From Bryobacteraceae bacterium (lineage in GTDB: Bacteria; Acidobacteriota; Terriglobia; Bryobacterales; Bryobacteraceae): DNA of 46,894 nt. The DNA lies in assembly GCA_049520795.1 (NCBI GenBank), contig JBEKPK010000001.1, positions 1-46,894 of the forward strand. Reading direction: 5' to 3'. Positions 10,822 to 19,617 of the stretch are shown here, one piece after another (the stretch's first letter is position 1; every line of letters begins with the position of its first letter). Both the position numbers and the translations under genes were made by a program. Below the pieces are notes generated by a model. That model was not told where the DNA came from. It ran no database searches and saw only the letters and a program-made list of their open reading frames with translations.

Positions 10822-11676
10822 TCAGCACCAGAACCCGCGGCCCTTCTCCGCGTTGGCCGCCAGCACTTCGAGCGATGCCTCCGGCAGCGTCCGCGGCTCC
10901 GGGTTCTCGCGCCGGCAGTAGTCCACCGGCAGCCGCCCGTGGACCAGCAATCCCAGCCGCAGCCAGTTGATGGCATCGGCCGAACGGCATTCCCCCAGGA
11001 AGCGCTCGGCCGCCGCCAGCGCGCGCTCGATCTTGGCCGACCGCATGCCCCGCAGGGCCAGCAGCGCTATCCCCGTGGTTTCGGGATAGGACGGCAGTTC
11101 GTAGCCCAGCGCCCGCGCGGATCCGTGATTCCATCCACCGTCGCTGCAGGTGCGGGACAACAGGAATCTCCGGCCGGATTCAATCCGTTCCCGAATGAGC
11201 GAAGAGGGCCGCGACGTTGCCTCTTTCTCGAGGGCCAGGATGGTCAGCGCGGTCGGCCCCACCCAGGCGGCCGAACCGGGAACCCAGGGCCAGCCGGCGA
11301 ACTGTTGATCCGGAGCCGTGGGGTTGCCTAACAGCCACTGCCGCAGCCGGTAAACGAAGGTGGTCTCCTCGCCCGAAGTTGCGAGGAGCCATTGAATGGC
11401 CCCTTCGTGGGCCTTCGCTCCCAGACGTTCGGCTGGCAGCAAAGCCGCCAGCGCGGACACCCACGTGCTCTGGTCCACGCCCAGTTGCGGCGGCCAGCCG
11501 CCGTCGGGACGCTGGGCCAGCCGCATCCAGCGTATGCCGCGCTCCACGGCGCGCGTTTCGCCGTCCGCCAACAGCGCCAGAATGGCATACGCCGTCGGTT
11601 CGGTCCAGGACGCGCCGCGCGCGTAGGGCCACCCGCCGTCCGGGTTCTGTTTCGCTATGAGTAACTCTATCGACAT
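10822..11676 (-). CDS. Prenyltransferase/squalene-cyclase-like QW-repeat protein
   Basis: 284 aa from ATG 11676 (MSIELLIAKQNPDGGWPY...). It has repeated (Q)xxDGGW motifs (QNPDGGW, QRPDGGW, CSDGGWNHG) typical of alpha/alpha-toroid terpenoid cyclase or prenyltransferase repeats. Confidence 0.7.
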   Translation of the reverse strand: MSIELLIAKQNPDGGWPYARGASWTEPTAYAILALLADGETRAVERGIRWMRLAQRPDGGWPPQLGVDQSTWVSALAALLPAERLGAKAHEGAIQWLLATSGEETTFVYRLRQWLLGNPTAPDQQFAGWPWVPGSAAWVGPTALTILALEKEATSRPSSLIRERIESGRRFLLSRTCSDGGWNHGSARALGYELPSYPETTGIALLALRGMRSAKIERALAAAERFLGECRSADAINWLRLGLLVHGRLPVDYCRRENPEPRTLPEASLEVLAANAEKGRGFWC

Positions 11677-11726
11677 GAAGTCCGCGGGCGAAGCCCGCCC
11701 GCGCCGGAAGGCTCCGGCGCCCCCGA

Positions 11727-11822
11727 CTATCGCACCGTCCGCCGCCGGCGGCGGCGCGAGAGCAGCATCACCAGCGTGACGCCCGCTCCCAGCCAGATTG
11801 CCCCTTGCATTGCCAAATCCAT
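11727..11822 (-). CDS. 31-aa single-TM miniprotein with a poly-Arg tail (MDLAMQGAIWLGAGVTLVMLLSRRRRRRTVR)
   Basis: ATG 11822 is preceded by GGGAGAAAAAC (a good SD). It is a paralogue of the 11985..12083 peptide and lies inside the tad operon. Confidence 0.5.
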   Translation of the reverse strand: MDLAMQGAIWLGAGVTLVMLLSRRRRRRTVR

Positions 11823-11984
11823 GTTTTTCTCCCTTTCCGTAGTCGCCGGCCGGAATATTGCATCGCTTCCGCGGCCGGCCCGGCGATCCGCGCCGCGCGC
11901 GGACTGCCGGCCCTCCAACGCCCGCAGTTGCCGGCCGTGGCGCGGCCTTAGACTGCGAGCGTCGGGGAAGCGGGCATCGCCACG

Positions 11985-12083
11985 TCAGCCCTGCGCTTTG
12001 CGCGTGCGCCGCCGTTTCAGGAAGAGCAGCAGGACCGCCGCGGCGGCCAGCCAAACCCCATACTGAAGTGCAGTGTTCATCAT
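11985..12083 (-). CDS. 32-aa single-TM miniprotein with a basic tail (MMNTALQYGVWLAAAAVLLLFLKRRRTRKAQG)
   Basis: ATG 12083 is preceded by GAAGGAG with an 8-nt spacer. It starts 18 nt after the tadC stop and is a paralogue of the 11727..11822 peptide. Confidence 0.55.
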   Translation of the reverse strand: MMNTALQYGVWLAAAAVLLLFLKRRRTRKAQG

Positions 12084-12100
12084 CTCGCTTACTCCTTCTC

Positions 12101-13045
12101 TCATTGGATTTGTTTCATCATCGGGAAAAGATACTTGAAGATCTGTAACAACCCCGGGCCCGCTGCCACCACCAGCATCGACGGCAATATGAAGAAGAAA
12201 ATCGGGAATACCAGTTTCACGCCCACCTTGCCGGCCCGTTCCTCGGCCTCCTGGCGGCGCTTCGTGCGCAGATAATCCGAATGGGTGCGCAGCGATTCGC
12301 CCATGCTGGTCCCGAAGCGGTCGTTCTGAATCAGGATGGCCACCAGCTTCCTTAGCTCCGGCTCTCCGGTTCGCTCGGCGAGGTTGCGCAGGGCGTCGGA
12401 GCGGCGCTTGCCCGCCCGCATCTCCAGAATCACCAGCGACAACTCCTCGCCCAGTTGCGGGTGGCTCCCCTGCAACTCGCGGCCCACGTGTTGGATCGCC
12501 TGGTCCAGGCCCAGGCCGGCCTCGATGGATACCACCAGCAGGTCCAGCATGTCTGGCATGGAGAGCCGCAGGATCTCCTGGCGTTTGGCCACGCACTTCT
12601 CCAGTACGAAGCGCGGCAGAATCCACCCCGACGCCATGCCGAAGCCGAGCAGGGCCACCTTCATGGCCGGGTTCGGCGGCAGGCTGGACTGCAGCGCCAC
12701 ACCCAGCCCCAGCATGATCAGCGTGCTCACGATGCGCAGCCCGTAGAAGACCGCCGGGGCGCTGTCGGACCGGAAACCGCCGCGGACCAACTCCGTTCGC
12801 AGGGTGGCGATTTCCGCCGCCGAGGACGGAACCTGGGAACCGATCCGCCGCAATAATCCCACCACCGTGCTGGGCTCGGATTCCATGGGATCGCCCACGG
12901 CGCGCTTCGCGGAGTCCGTGATCACCGGATTGCCCAACAGCTTGAGGAACTTTCCCGGCTTGTAAAACGTGCGGTACCCCAGCAACGTCATCAGCACCAT
13001 CAACATGCAAAACGCGCAAATGGAAATGAGCAGTGGATGTTCCAT
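12101..13045 (-). CDS. tadC: Tad/Flp pilus assembly inner-membrane platform protein TadC (T2SS-F family)
   Basis: 314 aa with an N-terminal TM helix, a cytoplasmic T2SSF-like domain and C-terminal TM helices. It follows tadB with a 1-nt gap. Confidence 0.85.
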   Translation of the reverse strand: MEHPLLISICAFCMLMVLMTLLGYRTFYKPGKFLKLLGNPVITDSAKRAVGDPMESEPSTVVGLLRRIGSQVPSSAAEIATLRTELVRGGFRSDSAPAVFYGLRIVSTLIMLGLGVALQSSLPPNPAMKVALLGFGMASGWILPRFVLEKCVAKRQEILRLSMPDMLDLLVVSIEAGLGLDQAIQHVGRELQGSHPQLGEELSLVILEMRAGKRRSDALRNLAERTGEPELRKLVAILIQNDRFGTSMGESLRTHSDYLRTKRRQEAEERAGKVGVKLVFPIFFFILPSMLVVAAGPGLLQIFKYLFPMMKQIQ

Positions 13046-13046
13046 G

Positions 13047-14018
13047 TCACACCTTAATGTTGATGATCTTCCTGATGAAGAAATTGCCCAGGATCTGGGC
13101 GAAAATCGCGCCGCCGATCAGCCACTTGCCGTCGGAGTCCTCGGCCATGCTCCGCAGGTACGTGGGGGCTACCAGCATCATGCCGACCATGGTCGCGATC
13201 GGCAGGACCGTCAGGATCGTGGCCGTCAGGCGACCATGGGCGCTGGCCGCTTTCACCTGCCCCTTGAGACGGAATCGCTCTCGAATAACGTAGGCCAGCC
13301 GCGAGAGGATCTCGCTCAGGTTCCCGCCGGTCTGCCTTTGCAGCAAAACCGAGGAAGTGAAGAAGCGCGCGTCCAGCGACGGCACGCGCTCCGAGAAATT
13401 CCGCAGCGCGACATCGAGCGGCGCGCCCAGGTTCTGCTCGTTGAACAAGGTCCGGAACTCCTGGCCTAGAGGGTCTTGCAGCTCCTCGCCGAGCATTTCC
13501 ATGCTGATCGTAAACGCGTGGCCCGCGCGCATCGAGCGCGCCAGGAAGTCCAGCGCCTCCGGAAATTGCTCCTCGAACCTGTTCAGCCGCTTGGTTCGCT
13601 TGCGCCGCACAATGAGATACGGAATGGTGGCGAAAACTCCCGCCAATACGATGGCCGTCAGCGGCCGGCTAAACAGAAACGGAAACATGACGCCCAAGAC
13701 CAGCCCGAGGGCCGCCAGCAGCGCCATGGCCGCCAGCAGACGGGTGGAGGACCAGTTCATGCCGGCTTGCTGGATCTGCACCTGGGCATGGCGGGAGAAC
13801 TGCAGCGAGGCAATCACCCGCTTGATGCCCGTCGGCTTGTCCGGGTCGGCTTCCTTGAGCAGGTTGGCGATGGTGGTCACCGGCTCGCCCGCCGCGGTCT
13901 TCAGCATATCGCCGACCTGCTTCTTGCGCCGCGCGTCGAAAAACTTCATCCCGACGCTCACGGCCAGTAGCACGAGAGCGAAAACCACGACAAACGAGGT
14001 GATGACGGCAACCGGCAT
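13047..14018 (-). CDS. tadB: Tad/Flp pilus assembly platform protein TadB (T2SS-F family)
   Basis: 323 aa with the same topology as TadC. It abuts the cpaF stop with no gap. Confidence 0.85.
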   Translation of the reverse strand: MPVAVITSFVVVFALVLLAVSVGMKFFDARRKKQVGDMLKTAAGEPVTTIANLLKEADPDKPTGIKRVIASLQFSRHAQVQIQQAGMNWSSTRLLAAMALLAALGLVLGVMFPFLFSRPLTAIVLAGVFATIPYLIVRRKRTKRLNRFEEQFPEALDFLARSMRAGHAFTISMEMLGEELQDPLGQEFRTLFNEQNLGAPLDVALRNFSERVPSLDARFFTSSVLLQRQTGGNLSEILSRLAYVIRERFRLKGQVKAASAHGRLTATILTVLPIATMVGMMLVAPTYLRSMAEDSDGKWLIGGAIFAQILGNFFIRKIINIKV

Positions 14019-15380
14019 CTAGTTGAACTCCACCACGGTCTGAAACAGTTGCGCCGGCAGCGCGATGCCGCAGGCCTTCAGGCGTTCGGAGAACTTGGGC
14101 CGTATGCCGGTGGCCCGGAAGCGGCCCACCACCCTGCCGGTTTCCGTGATTCCGGTCTTCTCCAGCAGGAAGACGTCCTGGAGCGTGATGATGTCCTGCT
14201 CCATTCCCACTACCTCGGTGATGTGCGTGACGCGGCGCGTACCGTCGCTGAAACGCGCCACCTGCACGAAAAGGTTTACCGCCGAGGCGATCTGCTGGCG
14301 GATGGACCGCAAGCCCATGTTCGCGTTGGCCATGCCGACCATCACTTCCAGGCGGCTCAAACCGTCGCGCGGGGTGTTGGCGTGAATCGTGGTAAGCGAA
14401 CCGTCGTGGCCCGTGTTCATGGCCTGGAGCATGTCCAGCGCTTCCTCCGAGCGCACCTCGCCCACGATGATGCGGTCCGGCCGCATACGGAGGGCGTTGG
14501 TCACCAGTTGCCGGATGTGGATGGCGCCCACCCCTTCCACGTTGGCCGGGCGCGTCTCCATGCGCGCCACGTGGGTCTGCTGGAGGCGCAGCTCGGCCGC
14601 GTCTTCGATGGTGACGATCCGCTCGTCCTCCGGGATATAGGAGGAAAGCGCGTTCAGCAGAGTCGTCTTGCCCGAGCCGGTCCCACCGCAGATCAGGATG
14701 TTGAGGCGCGCCTTCACGCAGGCCTTCAACAGTTCCAGCATGCCTTCGGTCATGGCCTGCTTGGCCACCAGGTCCTCGCCCTTGAGGGCCGTCCGTCCGA
14801 AACGGCGGATCGAGAGCAGCGGCCCGTCCACCGCCACCGGTGGAATCGCCGCGTTCACACGCGAGCCGTCCGGCAAACGCGCGTCCACCAGAGGCGAAGA
14901 TTCGTCCACCCGCCGGCCCACCCGCGAAACAATCTTCTCGATGATCCGCAGCAGGTGCGCGTCGTCTTTGAACTCCACCGGCGTGCGATACAACTTCCCG
15001 CCGCGCTCTACGTACACCAGCCGCGGCCCGGTCACCAGGATGTCGCTCACGGTCGGGTCTTGCAGCAACGGCTCGAGCGGTCCCAGCCCGAAAACTTCGT
15101 CCAGAATCTCCTCGATGACGCGGTCTTTCTCCACTAGGCTGAGCGGCGTCTTCTCTTCTTCCACCAGCTTGGCCACCGCCGCGCGGATCTCGGCCCGCAC
15201 GCGCTCGCCGGCCATGGAGGATAGCACCTCCAGGTTGATTCGGTCGAGCAGCTTACGGTGGAGCGTGAACTTCAGCTCCTGGTATTCCGGCGTGTACCCC
15301 TCACGGCTAAAAAGGCGGTTTACCCAGTTGGCTTCCCGATTCTCACCGTGTCTAGGAATGACTTCCAGTGCTGCAGGCAT
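14019..15380 (-). CDS. cpaF: CpaF/TadA pilus assembly ATPase (T2SS-E/VirB11 superfamily)
   Basis: Walker A motif [14 protein letters not shown], Asp box/Walker [11 protein letters not shown]...[11 protein letters not shown], and His box [13 protein letters not shown]. Confidence 0.95.
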   Translation of the reverse strand: MPAALEVIPRHGENREANWVNRLFSREGYTPEYQELKFTLHRKLLDRINLEVLSSMAGERVRAEIRAAVAKLVEEEKTPLSLVEKDRVIEEILDEVFGLGPLEPLLQDPTVSDILVTGPRLVYVERGGKLYRTPVEFKDDAHLLRIIEKIVSRVGRRVDESSPLVDARLPDGSRVNAAIPPVAVDGPLLSIRRFGRTALKGEDLVAKQAMTEGMLELLKACVKARLNILICGGTGSGKTTLLNALSSYIPEDERIVTIEDAAELRLQQTHVARMETRPANVEGVGAIHIRQLVTNALRMRPDRIIVGEVRSEEALDMLQAMNTGHDGSLTTIHANTPRDGLSRLEVMVGMANANMGLRSIRQQIASAVNLFVQVARFSDGTRRVTHITEVVGMEQDIITLQDVFLLEKTGITETGRVVGRFRATGIRPKFSERLKACGIALPAQLFQTVVEFN

Positions 15381-15395
15381 TGTCTGTTGGAGTCC

Positions 15396-16559
15396 TTATC
15401 CGAAAAGCGCGAAGCGCTTCTTGACGCCCTTTTCTTCTTCCAGGTTGGCCAGCTTGATCGCCAGCTTTGCGATCTGTTTGCTCAACTCCGAGCCGCGCGC
15501 CAGCATGCGGCCTTCGGCGTAGGTTTCGTACAACTCGGGATAGTCGTTCGGGATCATGCAGAAGATCGGAACCCCCAGCATCTTTTCCAATTCGCCCGGG
15601 GTGATATCCAGGCGCTTGGGCGAGCGGTTCAAGATCAGCCGGATCCGGTTCTTTCCGTAGCCGCTGTCGAGCAGCGTCTGGATGACCTGTTTGGCCTGGT
15701 GCAGGGCCGGCACCTCGAGCGAGGTCACCAGGCAGGCTTCGTCGATCTCCTCCAGCGCCGCCATGGTGAGGTGGCTCAGGCTTCGCCCCAGATCCACCAA
15801 CGTCCAGTCGTAGTGCGGCTTGGCGAAAGCCAGGACGTGCCTGATCTGTTCGTCCTTGATTTGTTGCTTGGAGGCCAACGCCAGGGGAGCCGCCATGATC
15901 TCCACGCCGGGGATGCCATTCGACACCAGCGCCTTCCAATAATGGATGTCCAGCCGGTGCAGGTTGTTGACCGCGTCCTGGATGGAGTACACCGCCTTCG
16001 TCTTGGTGATGAAGCCGATCATGCCGGCATCCAGATCCAGATCCGCCAGCAACACCTTTTGGTTCTGGCGGCCCAGTTCCGCCGCTACATGGCAAACCAG
16101 CGTGGTGGCCCCGCAACCGCCCTTGGCGGAGAAGAAAGCGAAAGCCTTGCCCGCGCCCTTGGCCGCGCCGTCCCGCCGGCGGCTGCGTTCCGCGGAGCGC
16201 TTTTCCAGGGCGCGGCGCAGGGATTCCCCCAGCGGCGGAAACAGGTATTCGTTGATTCCGGCGCGCAACGTAGAAAGAATCGAATCCGACGCCGCGGTGG
16301 TGTTCAACGCAATCAGCATCGGGTCGCCGGTGACCGCGCGGATGGAGGACACCAGGCCTTCCAGAGGCTCCTTCCAACGGCTGATGTCCACCAGAACCAC
16401 GTCCGGCCGCATACGATCCAGCCGGTCCAGAAAAGTGCTCAGGTCGCCAATGTCCTGGTGCTCCACGATCACGCGGAACGGCAGATCGGCCAGGCAGGCC
16501 TGCGTCTGTTCCATGAGGTCGCGGTTTTCAATCGCCAGTCCAATGGTCAGCGGATACAT
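15396..16559 (-). CDS. cpaE: CpaE/TadZ: receiver-like N-domain fused to a ParA/MinD-type ATPase
   Basis: N-terminal pseudo-receiver (RPDVVLVDIS) and a deviant Walker A (FFSAKGGCGATTLVCHVA). It sits between cpaC and cpaF. Confidence 0.85.
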   Translation of the reverse strand: MYPLTIGLAIENRDLMEQTQACLADLPFRVIVEHQDIGDLSTFLDRLDRMRPDVVLVDISRWKEPLEGLVSSIRAVTGDPMLIALNTTAASDSILSTLRAGINEYLFPPLGESLRRALEKRSAERSRRRDGAAKGAGKAFAFFSAKGGCGATTLVCHVAAELGRQNQKVLLADLDLDAGMIGFITKTKAVYSIQDAVNNLHRLDIHYWKALVSNGIPGVEIMAAPLALASKQQIKDEQIRHVLAFAKPHYDWTLVDLGRSLSHLTMAALEEIDEACLVTSLEVPALHQAKQVIQTLLDSGYGKNRIRLILNRSPKRLDITPGELEKMLGVPIFCMIPNDYPELYETYAEGRMLARGSELSKQIAKLAIKLANLEEEKGVKKRFALFG

Positions 16560-16581
16560 AGCCTTCCTTCGGTCTCGCCGC

Positions 16582-18111
16582 TCATTTCCCCGCCCCCGCG
16601 CTCCCTTCTGGCGCGGCCGGCGGAGCCGCCGGAACCGGCACGAGGCGGTACTGCGCCGGGTTCGGCGCGGCGTCGGGCTGCCCTTGCTTCTGCTGCTGCA
16701 GCAGTTGCTCGATCGGTATGGTCGGGACGGGCGGATTCACCGGAACCGGCCCGGTCTTGTCCATCCCGGGCTGGCGCATCGGCGTATCCGTGTTGCTGGG
16801 CATGAACGGCTTAGTGAATTTCAACTCCGGCGCGGCTTGGTCCGCCGGGATCGGCCGCACGATTTCCGGGGTCACGATGACCAGCAGCTCGGTGTTGCTG
16901 CGGCTCACGTTCTTCGATTGGAACAGCTTGCCCAGAATCGGGATGTCCCCGATTCCCGGCACTTTCGAAAGGGTCTCATTGGTTTGGTTGTCGATCAGGC
17001 CCGCGATGACGAAGCTCTGGCCGCTTTCCAGCTCGATTTCGGTCTGCACTCTCCGCGTGGACAGGGCTGGAACGGTAAAGCCCGCGATCGTCACCGAGTG
17101 CGTATAATCGAGCGAGCTCACCTCCGGCTGCACCTGCAGGCGAATGGTCCCGCGCGGCGTGATTATCGGGAGGAAGTTGAGCCGGACGCCGTATTCCCGC
17201 CAGGAAAGCGTCACCACGGCTCCGGTCCCGGCCGCGCCGGGTTGGATCATCGGAAATGGGAACTCGCCGCCCGCCGTGAAGAACGCCTGCTTCCCGTTGA
17301 TGGCCGGCACCGTGGGCTCGGCCAGCATTTCCAGCAGGCTCTTGCTTTCGAGCAACTGCAGAGCCGCCACCAGGTTGATATCTTTGCGGAAGAGAAAGAA
17401 ATTCACCGCGTTAGCCAGGGTGAAAGTCTGGGCCCCATTGGTGCTGACCGGCGAACCCACGCCCGCCGCCGTGGATTGGTTGAACGCCCCGCTGGCCAGG
17501 TCCGCCTCCAGATTCAGGCTGGCCGAACGGTCCACGTTGGCGAACCGCACCCTCACCAGAATCTGCGCCTCGCTCGGCGGGACTTCCACCCGCAGCAGGT
17601 TCACCGGCTTCCCCAAAGTGGACGCCACCGCCATGACGCGCTCGGCGGCCACCACGTCTTTTACGACGCCGCGCACAAAAACCGTGTCGTTGTCGAAGGT
17701 AACGTTAATGTCGTCGTCCGGGTACTCGCGGGCGAGCTGCTGGCGCACCGCTTCCAGTCTTGCCGGGCTGATCCGCACTACCAGGTCGTAGGTCAACCGG
17801 CTGCCACCCCTCTGCCATATGATGAGCGACGTCTCCCCGGGGGCCTTGCCGTTGATGAGCACTTCCTTGGGGCTGTTGGCGACCACGTCAGCCAGGTTGC
17901 CGTCGGCCACCGAAAGCCGCTCGATGGGCAGCGGGCTGTCAATGATCAGGGACTTGCCTACCGTCACGGTCCACTTCTCGACGGGCGCGCTCTGGCCGGA
18001 CGTGTTCTGTTGCTGGGCCGGCGCATCGTCCGCCGCCTCGGCCAGGCCCCAGGGCGCGCACAGCAAGACTGCCGGCGCGAGCATCCATGCGAACTGCCGC
18101 TGTGCGAACAC
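16582..18111 (-). CDS. cpaC: CpaC/RcpA outer-membrane secretin
   Basis: Signal peptide and a secretin C-domain (VPGIGDIPILGKLFQSKNVSRSNTELLVIVTPEIV). Confidence 0.9.
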   Translation of the reverse strand: MFAQRQFAWMLAPAVLLCAPWGLAEAADDAPAQQQNTSGQSAPVEKWTVTVGKSLIIDSPLPIERLSVADGNLADVVANSPKEVLINGKAPGETSLIIWQRGGSRLTYDLVVRISPARLEAVRQQLAREYPDDDINVTFDNDTVFVRGVVKDVVAAERVMAVASTLGKPVNLLRVEVPPSEAQILVRVRFANVDRSASLNLEADLASGAFNQSTAAGVGSPVSTNGAQTFTLANAVNFFLFRKDINLVAALQLLESKSLLEMLAEPTVPAINGKQAFFTAGGEFPFPMIQPGAAGTGAVVTLSWREYGVRLNFLPIITPRGTIRLQVQPEVSSLDYTHSVTIAGFTVPALSTRRVQTEIELESGQSFVIAGLIDNQTNETLSKVPGIGDIPILGKLFQSKNVSRSNTELLVIVTPEIVRPIPADQAAPELKFTKPFMPSNTDTPMRQPGMDKTGPVPVNPPVPTIPIEQLLQQQKQGQPDAAPNPAQYRLVPVPAAPPAAPEGSAGAGK

Positions 18112-18990
18112 CTATTTCTCCTCTCCGGCATTCTTGAACTCGGTCGGGGTCTTCTTGGTCCCCATGATGATCTCCATGGTGACGGGCGGTTCCTTTTTCG
18201 GCGGCGTTGCGACTTCGCGGACCACCGGAGGGGCAACCGGCGGGCGCGGCGCCAGAGCCGCGGCCGGTTTCGGGGTCCCACCGCTGTATAGGTATGCCAG
18301 CGCGGAGCCCGGCGCCTGGGCCGTCTGCCGGTCCAAAGGGTTGCGCAGAACCAGTTGGATGGTGGTCCCGTTGGCCGCCAGGCTGAGTTTCTCGGCCTGT
18401 TCGGGGGTTACCAGAAGCGTCACCACCTGGGACGGCATGGGCTTGCCTTCCGCGTCGTGCTTGAATTCCTGCCCGGCCGAAAGCACCTCCACGTTTTGCA
18501 TCACGGTGCGCGCCAGCGTGCCCAGCGTCCCGCTGCCGCCCGGCGGAGTGCCGTTGATAATCACGTCCACCCGCATGCCCGGCGTCACAAAGCCCGCCAC
18601 GCCGACTATGTCGTTCACCCGGATGGCGAACGCCCGCATGCCCTGCGGAATGGTCGAGGCGAAGCCGCCCCCCGCGCCCTTCGGGGCCAGGCGGGTTTCA
18701 ATCACCGGCTCCTGCGCGTAGATCGGGGTGATGACGCCGCGGCCTACCACGTCCTGGGGGCGCGTGGTCGCGCCGGCGGGCACGGCCCCGGGCCAATCCG
18801 TCAGCTTCACGTCTCCGTCGCGCAAAACGCTGCCCACTTCCAGATCGTGGGCCGCCAACACCACCTGAGTCATCGGCGGGCCGGCTTTGGCTGTCGGCGT
18901 CCGGTTGATGAGCGACCGGTAGGTCAGGACGCCCCCGCCCGTCGCCACGATGAACGCGAAAATTAGAACCCCGATGAATCTCTTGTTCAT
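18112..18990 (-). CDS. cpaB: CpaB/RcpC Flp pilus assembly protein (SAF domain)
   Basis: N-terminal anchor MNKRFIGVLIFAFIVATGGG and a SAF-like segment (VVLAAHDLEVGSVLRDGDV). It abuts cpaC. Confidence 0.85.
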   Translation of the reverse strand: MNKRFIGVLIFAFIVATGGGVLTYRSLINRTPTAKAGPPMTQVVLAAHDLEVGSVLRDGDVKLTDWPGAVPAGATTRPQDVVGRGVITPIYAQEPVIETRLAPKGAGGGFASTIPQGMRAFAIRVNDIVGVAGFVTPGMRVDVIINGTPPGGSGTLGTLARTVMQNVEVLSAGQEFKHDAEGKPMPSQVVTLLVTPEQAEKLSLAANGTTIQLVLRNPLDRQTAQAPGSALAYLYSGGTPKPAAALAPRPPVAPPVVREVATPPKKEPPVTMEIIMGTKKTPTEFKNAGEEK

Positions 18991-19138
18991 GCCTTGCTCC
19001 CCGTTCCGGACGTATGGAGAAGCCGGCGCCGGATGCCGGGAATCCCGTTCTCCCCAAGCCGTTCACACCCGCCATTCGACGGCGGCGCGCGAGCCCCGGG
19101 CCGCGCTCTCGATCCCCTGGCCAACTCCGGACGCCGCG

Positions 19139-19327
19139 CTAGCTGCCGCCCAGGTTGCTGTTGGCCGTACTCAGTTGCGTGCTGCCGTTGGTCCACATGC
19201 CTTTGATGCTGTTGCCCGCTCCCAGAAAAAGGGCCGCCGACGCAAGGGCCACAAAGGCAATCAAAACGGTGTACTCCACTAGGTGTTGCCCCTGTTCATC
19301 CCTCCAAAAATTCCGTAGAAACGTCAT
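19139..19327 (-). CDS. flp: Flp/Fap-family pilin, copy 1
   Basis: 62 aa: MTFLRNFWRDEQGQHLVEYTVLIAFVALASAAL.... It carries the Flp processing motif G/xxxxEY plus a hydrophobic helix. The start is set at ATG 19327. Confidence 0.9.
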   Translation of the reverse strand: MTFLRNFWRDEQGQHLVEYTVLIAFVALASAALFLGAGNSIKGMWTNGSTQLSTANSNLGGS

Positions 19328-19417
19328 GTCGTGCGCCTTGGTCGGAAGCCCGGCAGACCCGGGCTGGGCGCGACGGCGGTTGACCGACAACTGGCCGGCG
19401 CGCCCCTCCCCTGGTTT

Positions 19418-19606
19418 CTAGCTGCCGCTCAGGTTGCTATTGGCCGTGCTGAGCTGCGTGCTGGTGTTGGTCCAGATGCCCTTGATGCTGTTGCCGGCGC
19501 CCAGAAAAAGGGCCGCCGACGCAAGCGCCACGAAGGCCATGAGCAGGGTGTACTCAATGAGGTCCTGCCCCTGTTCTTCCTTCCAGAAATTCCGCAGAAA
19601 CGTCAT
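19418..19606 (-). CDS. flp: Flp/Fap-family pilin, copy 2
   Basis: 62 aa, identical to copy 1 at 53 of 62 positions. The AGGAG SD overlaps the stop of the upstream membrane-protein gene. Confidence 0.9.
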   Translation of the reverse strand: MTFLRNFWKEEQGQDLIEYTLLMAFVALASAALFLGAGNSIKGIWTNTSTQLSTANSNLSGS

Positions 19607-19617
19607 GTTGTTTGCTC

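Noticed and set aside
10822-12054. 410-aa ORF extension upstream of the QW-repeat protein
   Set aside because: The first ~125 aa are Arg/Ala/Gly-rich, and this stretch spans the region that holds the independently supported miniprotein gene at 11727-11822, which lies in a different frame. The real start is most likely ATG 11676.
15258-18291. 515-aa and 781-aa plus-strand ORFs (15258-16805 and 15946-18291)
   Set aside because: They are antisense to cpaE, cpaC and cpaB, which have strong signatures. Their composition is Arg/Gly/His-rich and they have no motifs, so I treat them as shadow ORFs.
18991-19138. Possible attenuator or terminator between flp copy 1 and cpaB
   Set aside because: The 148-nt gap is GC-rich, but I could not find a convincing stem-loop followed by a U-tract, so I make no call.
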